This document shows, piece after piece, positions 1-8,659 of a DNA stretch of 64,000 bases. The DNA comes from a virus (taxonomy: Duplodnaviria; Caudoviricetes). Within the stretch, counting starts at the first letter, position 1, and every line of letters begins with the position of its first letter. Both the position numbers and the translations under genes were made by a program. The notes under the pieces were generated by a model. It had not been told where the DNA came from and did not search any database. It saw only the letters and a program-made list of their open reading frames with translations. The stretch spans positions 32,001 through 96,000 of the IMG/VR virus record IMGVR_UViG_3300002220_000189, one strand, 5' to 3'.

Positions 1-753
1 AAAAGATCAACATCAAAAACAGATTTTATTATAGGAAATTATAGAATTTCATTAAAGGTTGGTAAATCTCGTCTTATGTCTGGTGGAAAACCAGACTCAA
101 CTGCAATTTTTTCTTGTATTCAACAACAAATGAAATGTCCTAATGATAGAATAAATGAAATTCTTTCATATATTCAAACCTTCATAAACGGTGTGTGTTC
201 TGATACAGTTGCAAAATCAAGAAAAAATAATGAAATAATACAAGAAGGTGATAAATTACATAAAAAACTTACAGGAATACTCACAGATACTGTAAATAGT
301 GATAAAGAATTGAGTGTTATGTTTGTACGTGAAGCAATAACAGGAAGATCAAAATTTGGTGATTCACCAGCCGTTCCTACACATCTATTTTCAGTGGGAA
401 CTTCATACAAATTATATGATGTAAATGATAATTCTATTATGGAAAAAATTGCACAGTCTGCTGATGTAAGAGTATCATTTAAAGCCTCGCATTTAAAAGG
501 TGCCCCACGTAAAGGATATAGATTTTGGTCTGTTATTGAAATGGCACTTAATAAAATAAGAGAAGAATATAGTTTTCACAGACACGACATGTTATCAGAA
601 ACTGTTGCATCTGATATGTGGAATAAAATAAAAGGATATTTTATAACATTATTTAATAATATAAAAAGTTACATTAGTGATAATATGAAAAATTTATTAG
701 ATTTTCTTGAACTTGAACCAGAAATTACATATAATGAGGAGATAGTTATATAA
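1..753 (+). CDS. Hypothetical protein, 5'-truncated; possible PD-(D/E)xK nuclease-like fold
   Basis: Frame 1 is open from base 1 (KRSTSKTDFIIGNYRISLKVGKSRLMSGGK...). The KTD...ISLK spacing resembles a PD-(D/E)xK core. Confidence 0.5.
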   Translation, partial: KRSTSKTDFIIGNYRISLKVGKSRLMSGGKPDSTAIFSCIQQQMKCPNDRINEILSYIQTFINGVCSDTVAKSRKNNEIIQEGDKLHKKLTGILTDTVNSDKELSVMFVREAITGRSKFGDSPAVPTHLFSVGTSYKLYDVNDNSIMEKIAQSADVRVSFKASHLKGAPRKGYRFWSVIEMALNKIREEYSFHRHDMLSETVASDMWNKIKGYFITLFNNIKSYISDNMKNLLDFLELEPEITYNEEIVI

Positions 754-755
754 AA

Positions 756-1568
756 ATGAATATTACTGTAATCTTGCCTACTAAACAAAATTTTGAACTT
801 GAACATGATATTAGAAAACAAATTGATATACTTGATGAATTAATAATTTTTGATTCTCCGCAATATCCAGCAAGAAAAATTGATGATATAATAAGAAATT
901 CTATGAAAGATGTTATTTTTATAGTAAATCCATTATCTATCAGATTATCCGATGAATTTTTAAATACTATACGAGAATATACTGAAAATGGTATACATCT
1001 TAGACAATATAATGAACCACTAGATTGTTTTGTACAGGGATCGTATAAAAATTTTACTAAACATGATTCAATTTGGTTTATAAGAAGTATGTACAAAGGA
1101 GCTTTAAGAGGTTATTCTGGAAGTATGAATTTAGATACTACATTAAGAACTTTAGTAAAAACATTTTATAGTAATATATTTGTTCCTAATGTAAGACTTA
1201 ATATAAATTATGAAGAAATGATGAAAGAATTAAAAGAGGTAGATGTTAAAAAAAAGAGAACTGAATTAGAAGAAAAACTTGAAAAAGAACGAAAAAAACA
1301 GATTCTTAATAGTAATTTAGAAAACGAACGATTGAAAGCAATTGATGATTATAGAAAAGAATTAAGTAAATTAAAATATTTTAAAAAAGTTAAAAAAGAA
1401 ATAATTCCGATACAGATAGTAAAGCCTCAGACAGTAAAGCCTCAGATAGTAAAGCCTCAGATAGTAAAGCCTCAGATAGTAAAGCCTAAAGAAAGTATAT
1501 CAATTCCTAAATTACGGGTTATAGATGTCGAATCTGTAAAAATAGAGGAAATAATTTTAGAGGATTAA
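756..1568 (+). CDS. Hypothetical protein with coiled coil and QIVKP repeats
   Basis: 270 aa ORF tightly coupled to its neighbours. Confidence 0.6.
   Translation: MNITVILPTKQNFELEHDIRKQIDILDELIIFDSPQYPARKIDDIIRNSMKDVIFIVNPLSIRLSDEFLNTIREYTENGIHLRQYNEPLDCFVQGSYKNFTKHDSIWFIRSMYKGALRGYSGSMNLDTTLRTLVKTFYSNIFVPNVRLNINYEEMMKELKEVDVKKKRTELEEKLEKERKKQILNSNLENERLKAIDDYRKELSKLKYFKKVKKEIIPIQIVKPQTVKPQIVKPQIVKPQIVKPKESISIPKLRVIDVESVKIEEIILED
1413..1487 (+). repeat. 15-bp tandem repeat x5 (CAGAYAGTAAAGCCT) encoding Q(I/T)VKP
   Basis: Five adjacent copies with one substitution. Confidence 0.95.
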
Positions 1569-1570
1569 TT

Positions 1571-2326
1571 GTGAAAAACAAATTAATTGTGTTTTCGTGT
1601 AGTTATAATTGTGAAAAGTATATAAAAAATCATATTGAAAGTGTGCAAAAACAAACATATCAAAATTTCATTCATATTATTGTGGATGATGCAAGTACAG
1701 ATAATACTTATAAAATCATTCAAAAATATCAAAATAATAATACAATAATATATCACAATACCAAAAATCAAAAATGGATAAAAAATGCAAAAAATTATTT
1801 AAAAAGTAATTCTACAAAAAATTTTATCATTAATGATAATGATATAATAATTTTGCTTGATGGTGATGATTTTTTTGCAAAAAAAAATGTATTAGAAATA
1901 TTAAATAATTTTTATAATAATAATGATTGTTGGATAACATATTCTAGAATGTATTACTTATCTAGGAAAATTACTTCACATTGGATACCAATATATTCAA
2001 AAAAAGATTTAGAACAAAAAAAATTCAGAAATAATATTTGGTCATATACTCATTTACGAACATTTCGTTATTTTCTTTGGAATCATATACAGGATAAAGA
2101 TTTAAAAGATGAAAATGGCGAATATTTTAAATATTGTTATGATCAAATTGTTTGTATACCAATGTTGGAAATGGCAAGTCCTAATCATGTTGGTTTTATT
2201 GATGATATTTTGGTAGTATATAATGATGCGAATCCTTTATCTGTAGAAAAAATCCATAGAAAAGAACAAGAAAATATTAGAGATTATTTATATAGTAAGG
2301 AAAAGTATCATACTTTACATTTTTAA
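1571..2326 (+). CDS. Glycosyltransferase family 2
   Basis: SYNCEKYI...IIVDDASTD...LDGDD GT-A motifs. Confidence 0.9.
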   Translation: MKNKLIVFSCSYNCEKYIKNHIESVQKQTYQNFIHIIVDDASTDNTYKIIQKYQNNNTIIYHNTKNQKWIKNAKNYLKSNSTKNFIINDNDIIILLDGDDFFAKKNVLEILNNFYNNNDCWITYSRMYYLSRKITSHWIPIYSKKDLEQKKFRNNIWSYTHLRTFRYFLWNHIQDKDLKDENGEYFKYCYDQIVCIPMLEMASPNHVGFIDDILVVYNDANPLSVEKIHRKEQENIRDYLYSKEKYHTLHF

Positions 2327-2368
2327 TAATAAGTGGTATAATGAATAAATTAGAAAGGGAAATATTAA

Positions 2369-2872
2369 ATGAATAATAAATATTGGTCATATTTTAAGTA
2401 TATAATAACTCATAAATGGTATGTATGGAAGGAATGTAAAAAATATAAATTATATTGGCAAGGTATAACACATGATTTATCAAAATTTAGATTAGATGAA
2501 TTTATACCATATGCAAGATTTTTTTATGATGATAATGGAAATTTGAAGCAAAAGAGAGACGAATCAGGATATTATAAACCTACTGATACTGGTGATATAA
2601 ATTTTGATATGGCGTGGGCATTACATTGTAAAAGAAATAAACATCATTGGCAATTTTGGACTACTCCTAATGATTATGAAGGTTTAAAAATTTTTAATAT
2701 ACCAGAAAAGTATATAATGGAGATGATTTGTGATTGGAAAGGAGCGGCAAAAGCACAAGGAATAGAAAATCCTAATATTACTAAATGGTATAAATTAAAT
2801 AGGGTAAAAATGCAATTAAGTAGTAAATCTGCTAAAATGATTGCGGAATATTTAGGGTATATGAAAAAATGA
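2369..2872 (+). CDS. HD-like phage protein (DUF5662-like)
   Basis: HK...HDLSKF...AWALHCKRNKHHWQ...EMICDW pattern. Confidence 0.65.
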   Translation: MNNKYWSYFKYIITHKWYVWKECKKYKLYWQGITHDLSKFRLDEFIPYARFFYDDNGNLKQKRDESGYYKPTDTGDINFDMAWALHCKRNKHHWQFWTTPNDYEGLKIFNIPEKYIMEMICDWKGAAKAQGIENPNITKWYKLNRVKMQLSSKSAKMIAEYLGYMKK

Positions 2873-3810
2873 TAATACAAGGTAATTGTTTAGAAATTCT
2901 AAAAACATTGGATGATGAGATAGTACAATGTGTTGTGACTAGCCCGCCATATTTTGCACTTAGAAATTATGAAATAGATGGTCAAATTGGAATGGAAGAA
3001 ACACCTGAAGAATATATTTTAAAACTTGTTGAAATTTTTAGAGAAGTTCATAGAATACTAAAAAAAGATGGTACTTTTTGGTTAAATATAGGTGATAGTT
3101 ATGCGGGTAGCAATCAAGGAGTTGGTGCCAAAAAAATAAATCCGTTACAATTTGCTAATAGGGGCACTAATTTTATGCATGATAGAAAAAAAAGTTTATT
3201 ATCTAGACTTCCGGGATATAAGCCTAAAGATCTTATAGGTATTCCTTGGATGTTAGCATTTGCATTACGTAACGATGGCTGGTGGTTAAGACAAGATATT
3301 ATATGGCATAAACCAAGTTGTATGCCGGAGAGCGTAAAAGATAGATGTACAAGAAATCATGAATATATATTTTTACTTACTAAGAATAAGAAATATTATT
3401 ATGATATTGAGGCGGTAAAGACACCATGTAAAGGAAATTGGGGAACAAGAGACAGAAAATTAGGTAAGTATCATAATGAAGGAACTGGTTTGAATCCTCA
3501 TACTGGATTAGATAAGGAATATGAAAAAGCTAATCTCCGTTCAGTATGGTCAATTACAGTAAAACCCTTTAAAGGTGGGCATTATGCGACTTTTCCGCCA
3601 GAATTACCTGAAATATGTATAAAAGCTGGTAGTAAAGAAGGTGATACAATACTTGATCCATTTGTGGGTACAGGAACAACTTGTATAGAAGCTAAAAAAT
3701 TAAAAAGAAAATATATCGGAATTGATATAAATCCAGAATATATAAAAATTACAAAAGAAAGAATCAAAAATGAAGTTCCAGATGTTATAAATAATCCGTT
3801 TATGAGGTAA
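2869..3810 (+). CDS. Beta-class DNA methyltransferase, probably N4-cytosine
   Basis: VTSPPY catalytic motif, HYATFP, ILDPFVGTGTT SAM motif. Confidence 0.92.
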   Translation: MIIQGNCLEILKTLDDEIVQCVVTSPPYFALRNYEIDGQIGMEETPEEYILKLVEIFREVHRILKKDGTFWLNIGDSYAGSNQGVGAKKINPLQFANRGTNFMHDRKKSLLSRLPGYKPKDLIGIPWMLAFALRNDGWWLRQDIIWHKPSCMPESVKDRCTRNHEYIFLLTKNKKYYYDIEAVKTPCKGNWGTRDRKLGKYHNEGTGLNPHTGLDKEYEKANLRSVWSITVKPFKGGHYATFPPELPEICIKAGSKEGDTILDPFVGTGTTCIEAKKLKRKYIGIDINPEYIKITKERIKNEVPDVINNPFMR

Positions 3811-3818
3811 GGTTGTAA

Positions 3819-4997
3819 ATGAATATATTATTGGTAGAACCAAAGAAGAGTAAAAATTGGGGTAAAAATAATCAATATGTTGGTTTATTAAGAATTGGAA
3901 ATTGGCTTATTCAAGAGGGAAATAATGTACAATATATTCAATTTCCTAATTTACCAAAATTTGTTCCAGATGAAATTTATGTAACGTCAATGTTTACATA
4001 TGATTATAAAATGGTGTGGGATGCAATAGATTTTTATAAGAAGCGATATCCGAAAAGTTATATCAGACTGGGTGGCATATATGCAACGATATGTCCAGAT
4101 CATACTGCTAAAAGTGGTGCTGATGAAGTAATTGCAGGACAGCATCCTGAAGGAAAAGAATATCCGCCTGATCCAAGTATTTTACCATATGAACAAGATT
4201 TTGCATATTTATTTACATCATATGGTTGTAATAGAGCATGTACCTATTGTGCAACTCATATACTTTATGGTGCCGGTATAAGACAGTTATCACCAGATAG
4301 AGTATTGAGTGATATTGTATTTTTAAGAAAGAAGGGTTTCAAGAAGATATATTTTGGTGATGATAATATACTTTATAATTCAGAAAATCATATCAATAAA
4401 GTTTTAGAAGAAATTATAAGAAATAAAATAAAAGTAGAAATTCATATTCCCGGTGGTATGGCTGGTAAGGATTTCACTAAAGAAACAGCATTTTTGATGA
4501 AGAAAGCAGGTGTTACTGAAATAAGTTTTGCTATTGAAAGTGTGTCTGCTGATGTTAGAAAGAAAATGGGAAGAGCAAAGGGTACAACAGAAGATGACTT
4601 GGAAACTGCTTTACAGTATGCTGATGCAGCGGGATTTAAGAGAAATGAGATAAATACATACTTCATTATAGGACTTCCATATCAAAAAGTTGAAGATATG
4701 TCAGAAACACTTGTATATCTTTTGAAATTAGGTGTTTGGGCACATCCACAAAGATTGACACCAATACCTAATACTATTGATTGGAAAAGGATGAAATTAG
4801 AAAATGTAGATTATTCTGATTTGGATTATAAAACTTTTGTTGCACCATCAGAAGATTTTACAGAAGATGATTTAGATAAAATTTATAAGATTGCAAGATA
4901 TTATAATATTGGCAATCGTTATACCGGTGGTTATAATATATTTACAGATGATAGTAAAGTAAGTAATAAAGTAAATGAAGTAATAAGAAAGGAATAA
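3819..4997 (+). CDS. B12-binding-domain radical SAM protein
   Basis: N-terminal cobalamin-binding-like domain (LGGIYAT), GCNRACTYC, FGDDNI, FIIGLP. Confidence 0.85.
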   Translation: MNILLVEPKKSKNWGKNNQYVGLLRIGNWLIQEGNNVQYIQFPNLPKFVPDEIYVTSMFTYDYKMVWDAIDFYKKRYPKSYIRLGGIYATICPDHTAKSGADEVIAGQHPEGKEYPPDPSILPYEQDFAYLFTSYGCNRACTYCATHILYGAGIRQLSPDRVLSDIVFLRKKGFKKIYFGDDNILYNSENHINKVLEEIIRNKIKVEIHIPGGMAGKDFTKETAFLMKKAGVTEISFAIESVSADVRKKMGRAKGTTEDDLETALQYADAAGFKRNEINTYFIIGLPYQKVEDMSETLVYLLKLGVWAHPQRLTPIPNTIDWKRMKLENVDYSDLDYKTFVAPSEDFTEDDLDKIYKIARYYNIGNRYTGGYNIFTDDSKVSNKVNEVIRKE

Positions 4998-4999
4998 AA

Positions 5000-5185
5000 A
5001 TGGAATGTAGTTGTAAAAATTTAAAACCTATTTTTTGGGAAAATCCAGAATCTGAACAACTTGAAGTTGATGTTTTAGTGTGCCAAGATTGTTTAAAAGA
5101 ATACTGTGTATCTTCTTTAACAAAATATGAATATTTTACAGTTATAGAAAATGAAAGGATAGGAAGGAGAAAATTAAATGTCTGA
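5000..5185 (+). CDS. Small Cys-containing hypothetical protein
   Basis: CxC...CxxC, AGGA RBS, overlap with the next gene. Confidence 0.55.
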   Translation: MECSCKNLKPIFWENPESEQLEVDVLVCQDCLKEYCVSSLTKYEYFTVIENERIGRRKLNV

Positions 5186-5918
5186 AGAGAAGGATGAATG
5201 GTCATTAATATTAAAGTCTTTTTTTAATGCAAGTATGCGAATTATTGAGTTAGAGGCAAAACTTGAAGAAAGAAATAAACGAATATCAGATTTAACTGTA
5301 CGTATTAATACTATTAACAAATTACAAAGTAAGTATCCAAACAGAGCAAATGGATGTTGTTGTTTATTTGATGATAATGGTAATCAAATAGAATCGTGTA
5401 AATATCATGCAGAAATACGGAATCTGATGAGTAATGAAATTTCTATTATCAGGAGGAAGATTGAAGAAATTGAGAATATAGCAATATCAAAGCAGTGGAT
5501 ATTACAGAAAAGTAACATACCTTTAAAATCAAAAGATGAGAAGGAGAAAATGAAAAAAGAAAATTTATGTGTTGATTTTGATGGCGTTATTCACAAATAT
5601 GTTTCAAAATGGGTATCAGAATATGTTATTCTTGATTCGCCAGTAGATGGTGCATTAGAATTTATAAATGAAGCTGTTAAACATTTTAATGTATATATTC
5701 ATTCAACTAGATGTGGATATCCAGATGGTTGTGAAGTAATATATAATTGGCTTAAAAAATATGGTTTTCCAGTTGATAAATTACAATATACACATTCTAA
5801 AATACCAGCAATTATGTATATTGATGATAGGGGATATCAGTTTAATGGTATATTTCCAAGTATTGATTTTATAAAAAATTTTAAAACTTGGAATTATAAT
5901 GAAAAGATAAGAGATTAA
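5178..5918 (+). CDS. Coiled-coil region fused to a HAD-superfamily hydrolase-like domain
   Basis: VDFDGVIH...STR...YIDDRG; in-frame internal AAGGAG-ATG at 5541-5552. Confidence 0.7.
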   Translation: MSEEKDEWSLILKSFFNASMRIIELEAKLEERNKRISDLTVRINTINKLQSKYPNRANGCCCLFDDNGNQIESCKYHAEIRNLMSNEISIIRRKIEEIENIAISKQWILQKSNIPLKSKDEKEKMKKENLCVDFDGVIHKYVSKWVSEYVILDSPVDGALEFINEAVKHFNVYIHSTRCGYPDGCEVIYNWLKKYGFPVDKLQYTHSKIPAIMYIDDRGYQFNGIFPSIDFIKNFKTWNYNEKIRD

Positions 5919-5930
5919 GGGGTGCTTAGT

Positions 5931-6092
5931 ATGATTGATAGGTATAAGTTGCAAGTTAAATGTCCTTGGTGTGCTTGGTGTGCAGAGGTTGAGCTAATTA
6001 TTAACGCACCAAAAGAAGCAGTTGACGATGCATCTAAGTTATTAGGTTATGAAATGCAAAAGCATTGGGATATTAGAAAACATGCTTTATGA
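5931..6092 (+). CDS. Small hypothetical protein (53 aa, CPWC...H...H, possible Zn finger)
   Basis: Manual translation MIDRYKLQVKCPWCAWCAEVELII...HWDIRKHAL; fills the gap and overlaps the MTase start. Confidence 0.5.
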   Translation: MIDRYKLQVKCPWCAWCAEVELIINAPKEAVDDASKLLGYEMQKHWDIRKHAL

Positions 6093-8157
6093 AGGTGATT
6101 GTTTAGACATAATGCTGACGTTAGAAGCTAATTCAGTAGATTCGATAGTAACAGATCCGCCTGCTGGTATATCATTTATGGGAAAAGAATGGGATAAAAA
6201 TAAAGGTGGTAGAGATAACTGGATTAAGTGGATGGAAGAAATTGCAATAGAATGCTTACGGGTTATCAAACCTGGAGGGCATGCTCTTGTATGGTCTATT
6301 CCAAGAACTTCTCATTGGACAGCAACGGCATGGGAGAATGCAGGATGGGAACCAAGAGATAAAATATATCATTGCTTTGGAACAGGATTTCCTAAATCGT
6401 TAGATATAAGTAAAAATCTGGATTCATTTGCTAAAAAAAGATGGTTTGATATAAATAAAGGTATAGATAATTTAGATAAAGGAGCTATACTTGAATTATG
6501 GAAAAGAGACTTAAACAATGTGAAATTTGTGGAGCAATTATTTCCAAAGAATATAATAGAAACTGGAATGAGTATAGAAAAAAACGATTTTGTTCAAGAA
6601 AATGTTCTGCTCAAAATCAATATAAAAAAATATTATGTAGATGCGATAATTGCGGAATTGAATTTTATAGATCAAAATCACATACAACAGGAAAAAAATC
6701 AATATATTGTTCAAGAGAATGCAGAAGTAAACATAAAACAATTACAAAACAATGTGAAATTTGCGGTAAAATTGTTACCAAACCTATATCAAATACTATT
6801 GAAAGCAAACATTTTTACTGTGGAATACAATGTTCAGGATTTGCTAAACGAAAACACAATTATACAGAAGAAAGTAGAAAAACACCTGAAAACTATATAT
6901 GGCGAACCACAATTATTAAACAATCAAACAATACTTGTATTATGTGCGGAGATAATAGAAGACTTGAAGTTCATCATATTAAACCTTTCTCCGTATTTCC
7001 AGAATTTAGATATGACATCTCAAATGGAATGTGTGTCTGCCACCGATGTCATTATTACAGAATACATGATGGAAAACCTAATTTTAAACATGGTAAATAT
7101 TCTAAAAAATAATGCTCTTATCAAATCTAAAGGTGCTGAAAGAAAAATCGTAGGAAAGATAACTGAAGGTAGAGCAGCAACACCTAGACAAGATATAAGA
7201 GGCGGGAAGTTTCATGCCTGTTCTGAGGGTGATACAAGAGGTTATGATGGAAGTAATATAACAGCACCATCAACAGAAGAAGCCAAACAATGGGATGGAT
7301 GGGGGACAGCACTAAAGCCAGCAGTAGAAGAATGGTGGTTATTTCGTAAACCATTAAGAGGAACAGTTGTAGAAAATGTTTTAGAACATGGTATTGGCGG
7401 ACTGAATATAGATGGTTGTAGGGTGGAAACAGCTCCTGATGATATACCTGGTTGGCATAAATCTGGAGCAAAAGGATCAGATGGTTACATGAATACAGAT
7501 ACGTTCAAAATTCGGAACATGACAGCAGAAGAAATACAGGAACGATGTGGCGGAAAAGGTCGTTGGCCAGCCAATCTTATCCATGATGGTAGTAATGAAG
7601 TGGTAGGGTTGTTCCCAAATACTGGTAAATCTGCTGGTGGTAAATCAGGACACACAGCCGCATATTGCGGTGGTTATAAAGAAGAATATTACGGTGATTT
7701 GAAGCCCGGCTATGGTGATAATGGTTCTGCTGCCCGTTTTTTCTATTGTGCAAAAGCATCAAGAGAAGAAAGAGAAGCTGGATGTGAGAATTTACCCGGA
7801 AGAAAAATGGATGAGAGTAGAAAAGAAGGTAATCCCGGAGGTGATAATCCAAGAAATAGAGGAGTTACCGAATATAAAAATCATCACCCGACTGTCAAAT
7901 CCTTAGAACTTATGCGATATTTATGTAAATTAATAACGCCTCCAAAAGGGATTGTTCTTGATCCGTTTATGGGTAGTGGAACAACAGGTATTGCTTGTAA
8001 ATTAGAAGGTTTTGATTTTATTGGAATTGATTTAGATCCAGAAAATGTTTCAATAGCAGAAGCTAGAATAAACCATTGGGAACATGTTATGGAAAAGAAA
8101 AAGAAAAAGAAAATAAAAAATAAAAAAGAAGTAGAAAATCCATTTTTGAAAGGGTGA
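6082..8157 (+). CDS. Beta-class amino DNA methyltransferase with a ~233 aa in-frame insertion (~6424-7122)
   Basis: LYEGDCL, VTDPPAG, GTGFPKSLDISK, GWGTALKPA, GRWPANLIHDGS, HPTVK, LDPFMGSGTTG. Likely start at ATG 6082; the ORF is open from 6049. Confidence 0.88.
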   Translation: MLYEGDCLDIMLTLEANSVDSIVTDPPAGISFMGKEWDKNKGGRDNWIKWMEEIAIECLRVIKPGGHALVWSIPRTSHWTATAWENAGWEPRDKIYHCFGTGFPKSLDISKNLDSFAKKRWFDINKGIDNLDKGAILELWKRDLNNVKFVEQLFPKNIIETGMSIEKNDFVQENVLLKINIKKYYVDAIIAELNFIDQNHIQQEKNQYIVQENAEVNIKQLQNNVKFAVKLLPNLYQILLKANIFTVEYNVQDLLNENTIIQKKVEKHLKTIYGEPQLLNNQTILVLCAEIIEDLKFIILNLSPYFQNLDMTSQMECVSATDVIITEYMMENLILNMVNILKNNALIKSKGAERKIVGKITEGRAATPRQDIRGGKFHACSEGDTRGYDGSNITAPSTEEAKQWDGWGTALKPAVEEWWLFRKPLRGTVVENVLEHGIGGLNIDGCRVETAPDDIPGWHKSGAKGSDGYMNTDTFKIRNMTAEEIQERCGGKGRWPANLIHDGSNEVVGLFPNTGKSAGGKSGHTAAYCGGYKEEYYGDLKPGYGDNGSAARFFYCAKASREEREAGCENLPGRKMDESRKEGNPGGDNPRNRGVTEYKNHHPTVKSLELMRYLCKLITPPKGIVLDPFMGSGTTGIACKLEGFDFIGIDLDPENVSIAEARINHWEHVMEKKKKKKIKNKKEVENPFLKG
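6450..6457 (+). promoter_or_regulatory. T4-type late promoter (TATAAATA) inside the MTase insertion, upstream of the nested HNH gene
   Basis: Exact TATAAATA 40 nt upstream of the HNH ATG; AAGGAG at 6479-6484. Confidence 0.65.
6498..7112 (+). CDS. HNH homing endonuclease with repeated Zn-binding modules, overprinted within the MTase gene in another frame
   Basis: Three CxxCG...(F/Y)CxxxC repeats, then CIMCG...LEVHHIKPF...DISNGMCVCHRCH. Confidence 0.9.
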   Translation: MEKRLKQCEICGAIISKEYNRNWNEYRKKRFCSRKCSAQNQYKKILCRCDNCGIEFYRSKSHTTGKKSIYCSRECRSKHKTITKQCEICGKIVTKPISNTIESKHFYCGIQCSGFAKRKHNYTEESRKTPENYIWRTTIIKQSNNTCIMCGDNRRLEVHHIKPFSVFPEFRYDISNGMCVCHRCHYYRIHDGKPNFKHGKYSKK

Positions 8158-8162
8158 AAAAT

Positions 8163-8659
8163 ATGGAAAAATTAAAATTTAGAGTATGGGATGAAAATGA
8201 TAAAAAGTTGTTATATTTCAATGGCATTTTTAATGTGCATCCATATACAGAATATTCTGCACAATATGAAAGTATTAAAAATACCATGAAATAAAAATCT
8301 CACAATTTATTTGCCAATATGATAAAAATAATAGAGAAATATATGAAGATGATATTATTAGAGAATGCGTTGTTGATGAAGTAATATGGGATGGTGATGG
8401 TATTGTTGAAGAATGTCCTATTGGTATAGTTTATTGGAATGAAGTAGGAGTATATTATAATATAAGACAGATAAAGAAGGGTAGAGTTAGATTGGATAAA
8501 ACATCTCATATGAGAAAACACTATCCTGATGGTTATTGTTCGTTGAATTTATCAAGATATGATGGTCAATTTTTATGGTGGAGTAGAACGCTTAACATTG
8601 AAGTTATTGGGAATGGACTTGAAAATCCCGAATTATTAGAGGAAGCATGGAAAAATTAA
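8163..8659 (+). pseudogene. YopX-family protein with a single frameshift near 8277-8282
   Basis: MEKLKFRVWD... stops at 8292-8294. The -1 frame continues ISQFICQYDKNNREIYEDDII...IEVIGNGLENPELL to TAA 8657-8659. Confidence 0.8.

Noticed and set aside
6424-7122. Intein or group I intron explanation for the MTase insertion
   Set aside because: No intein block A/B/F/G motifs or HN-C/S/T junction; flanks too short for a ribozyme core; the open host frame makes splicing unnecessary (not experimentally excluded)
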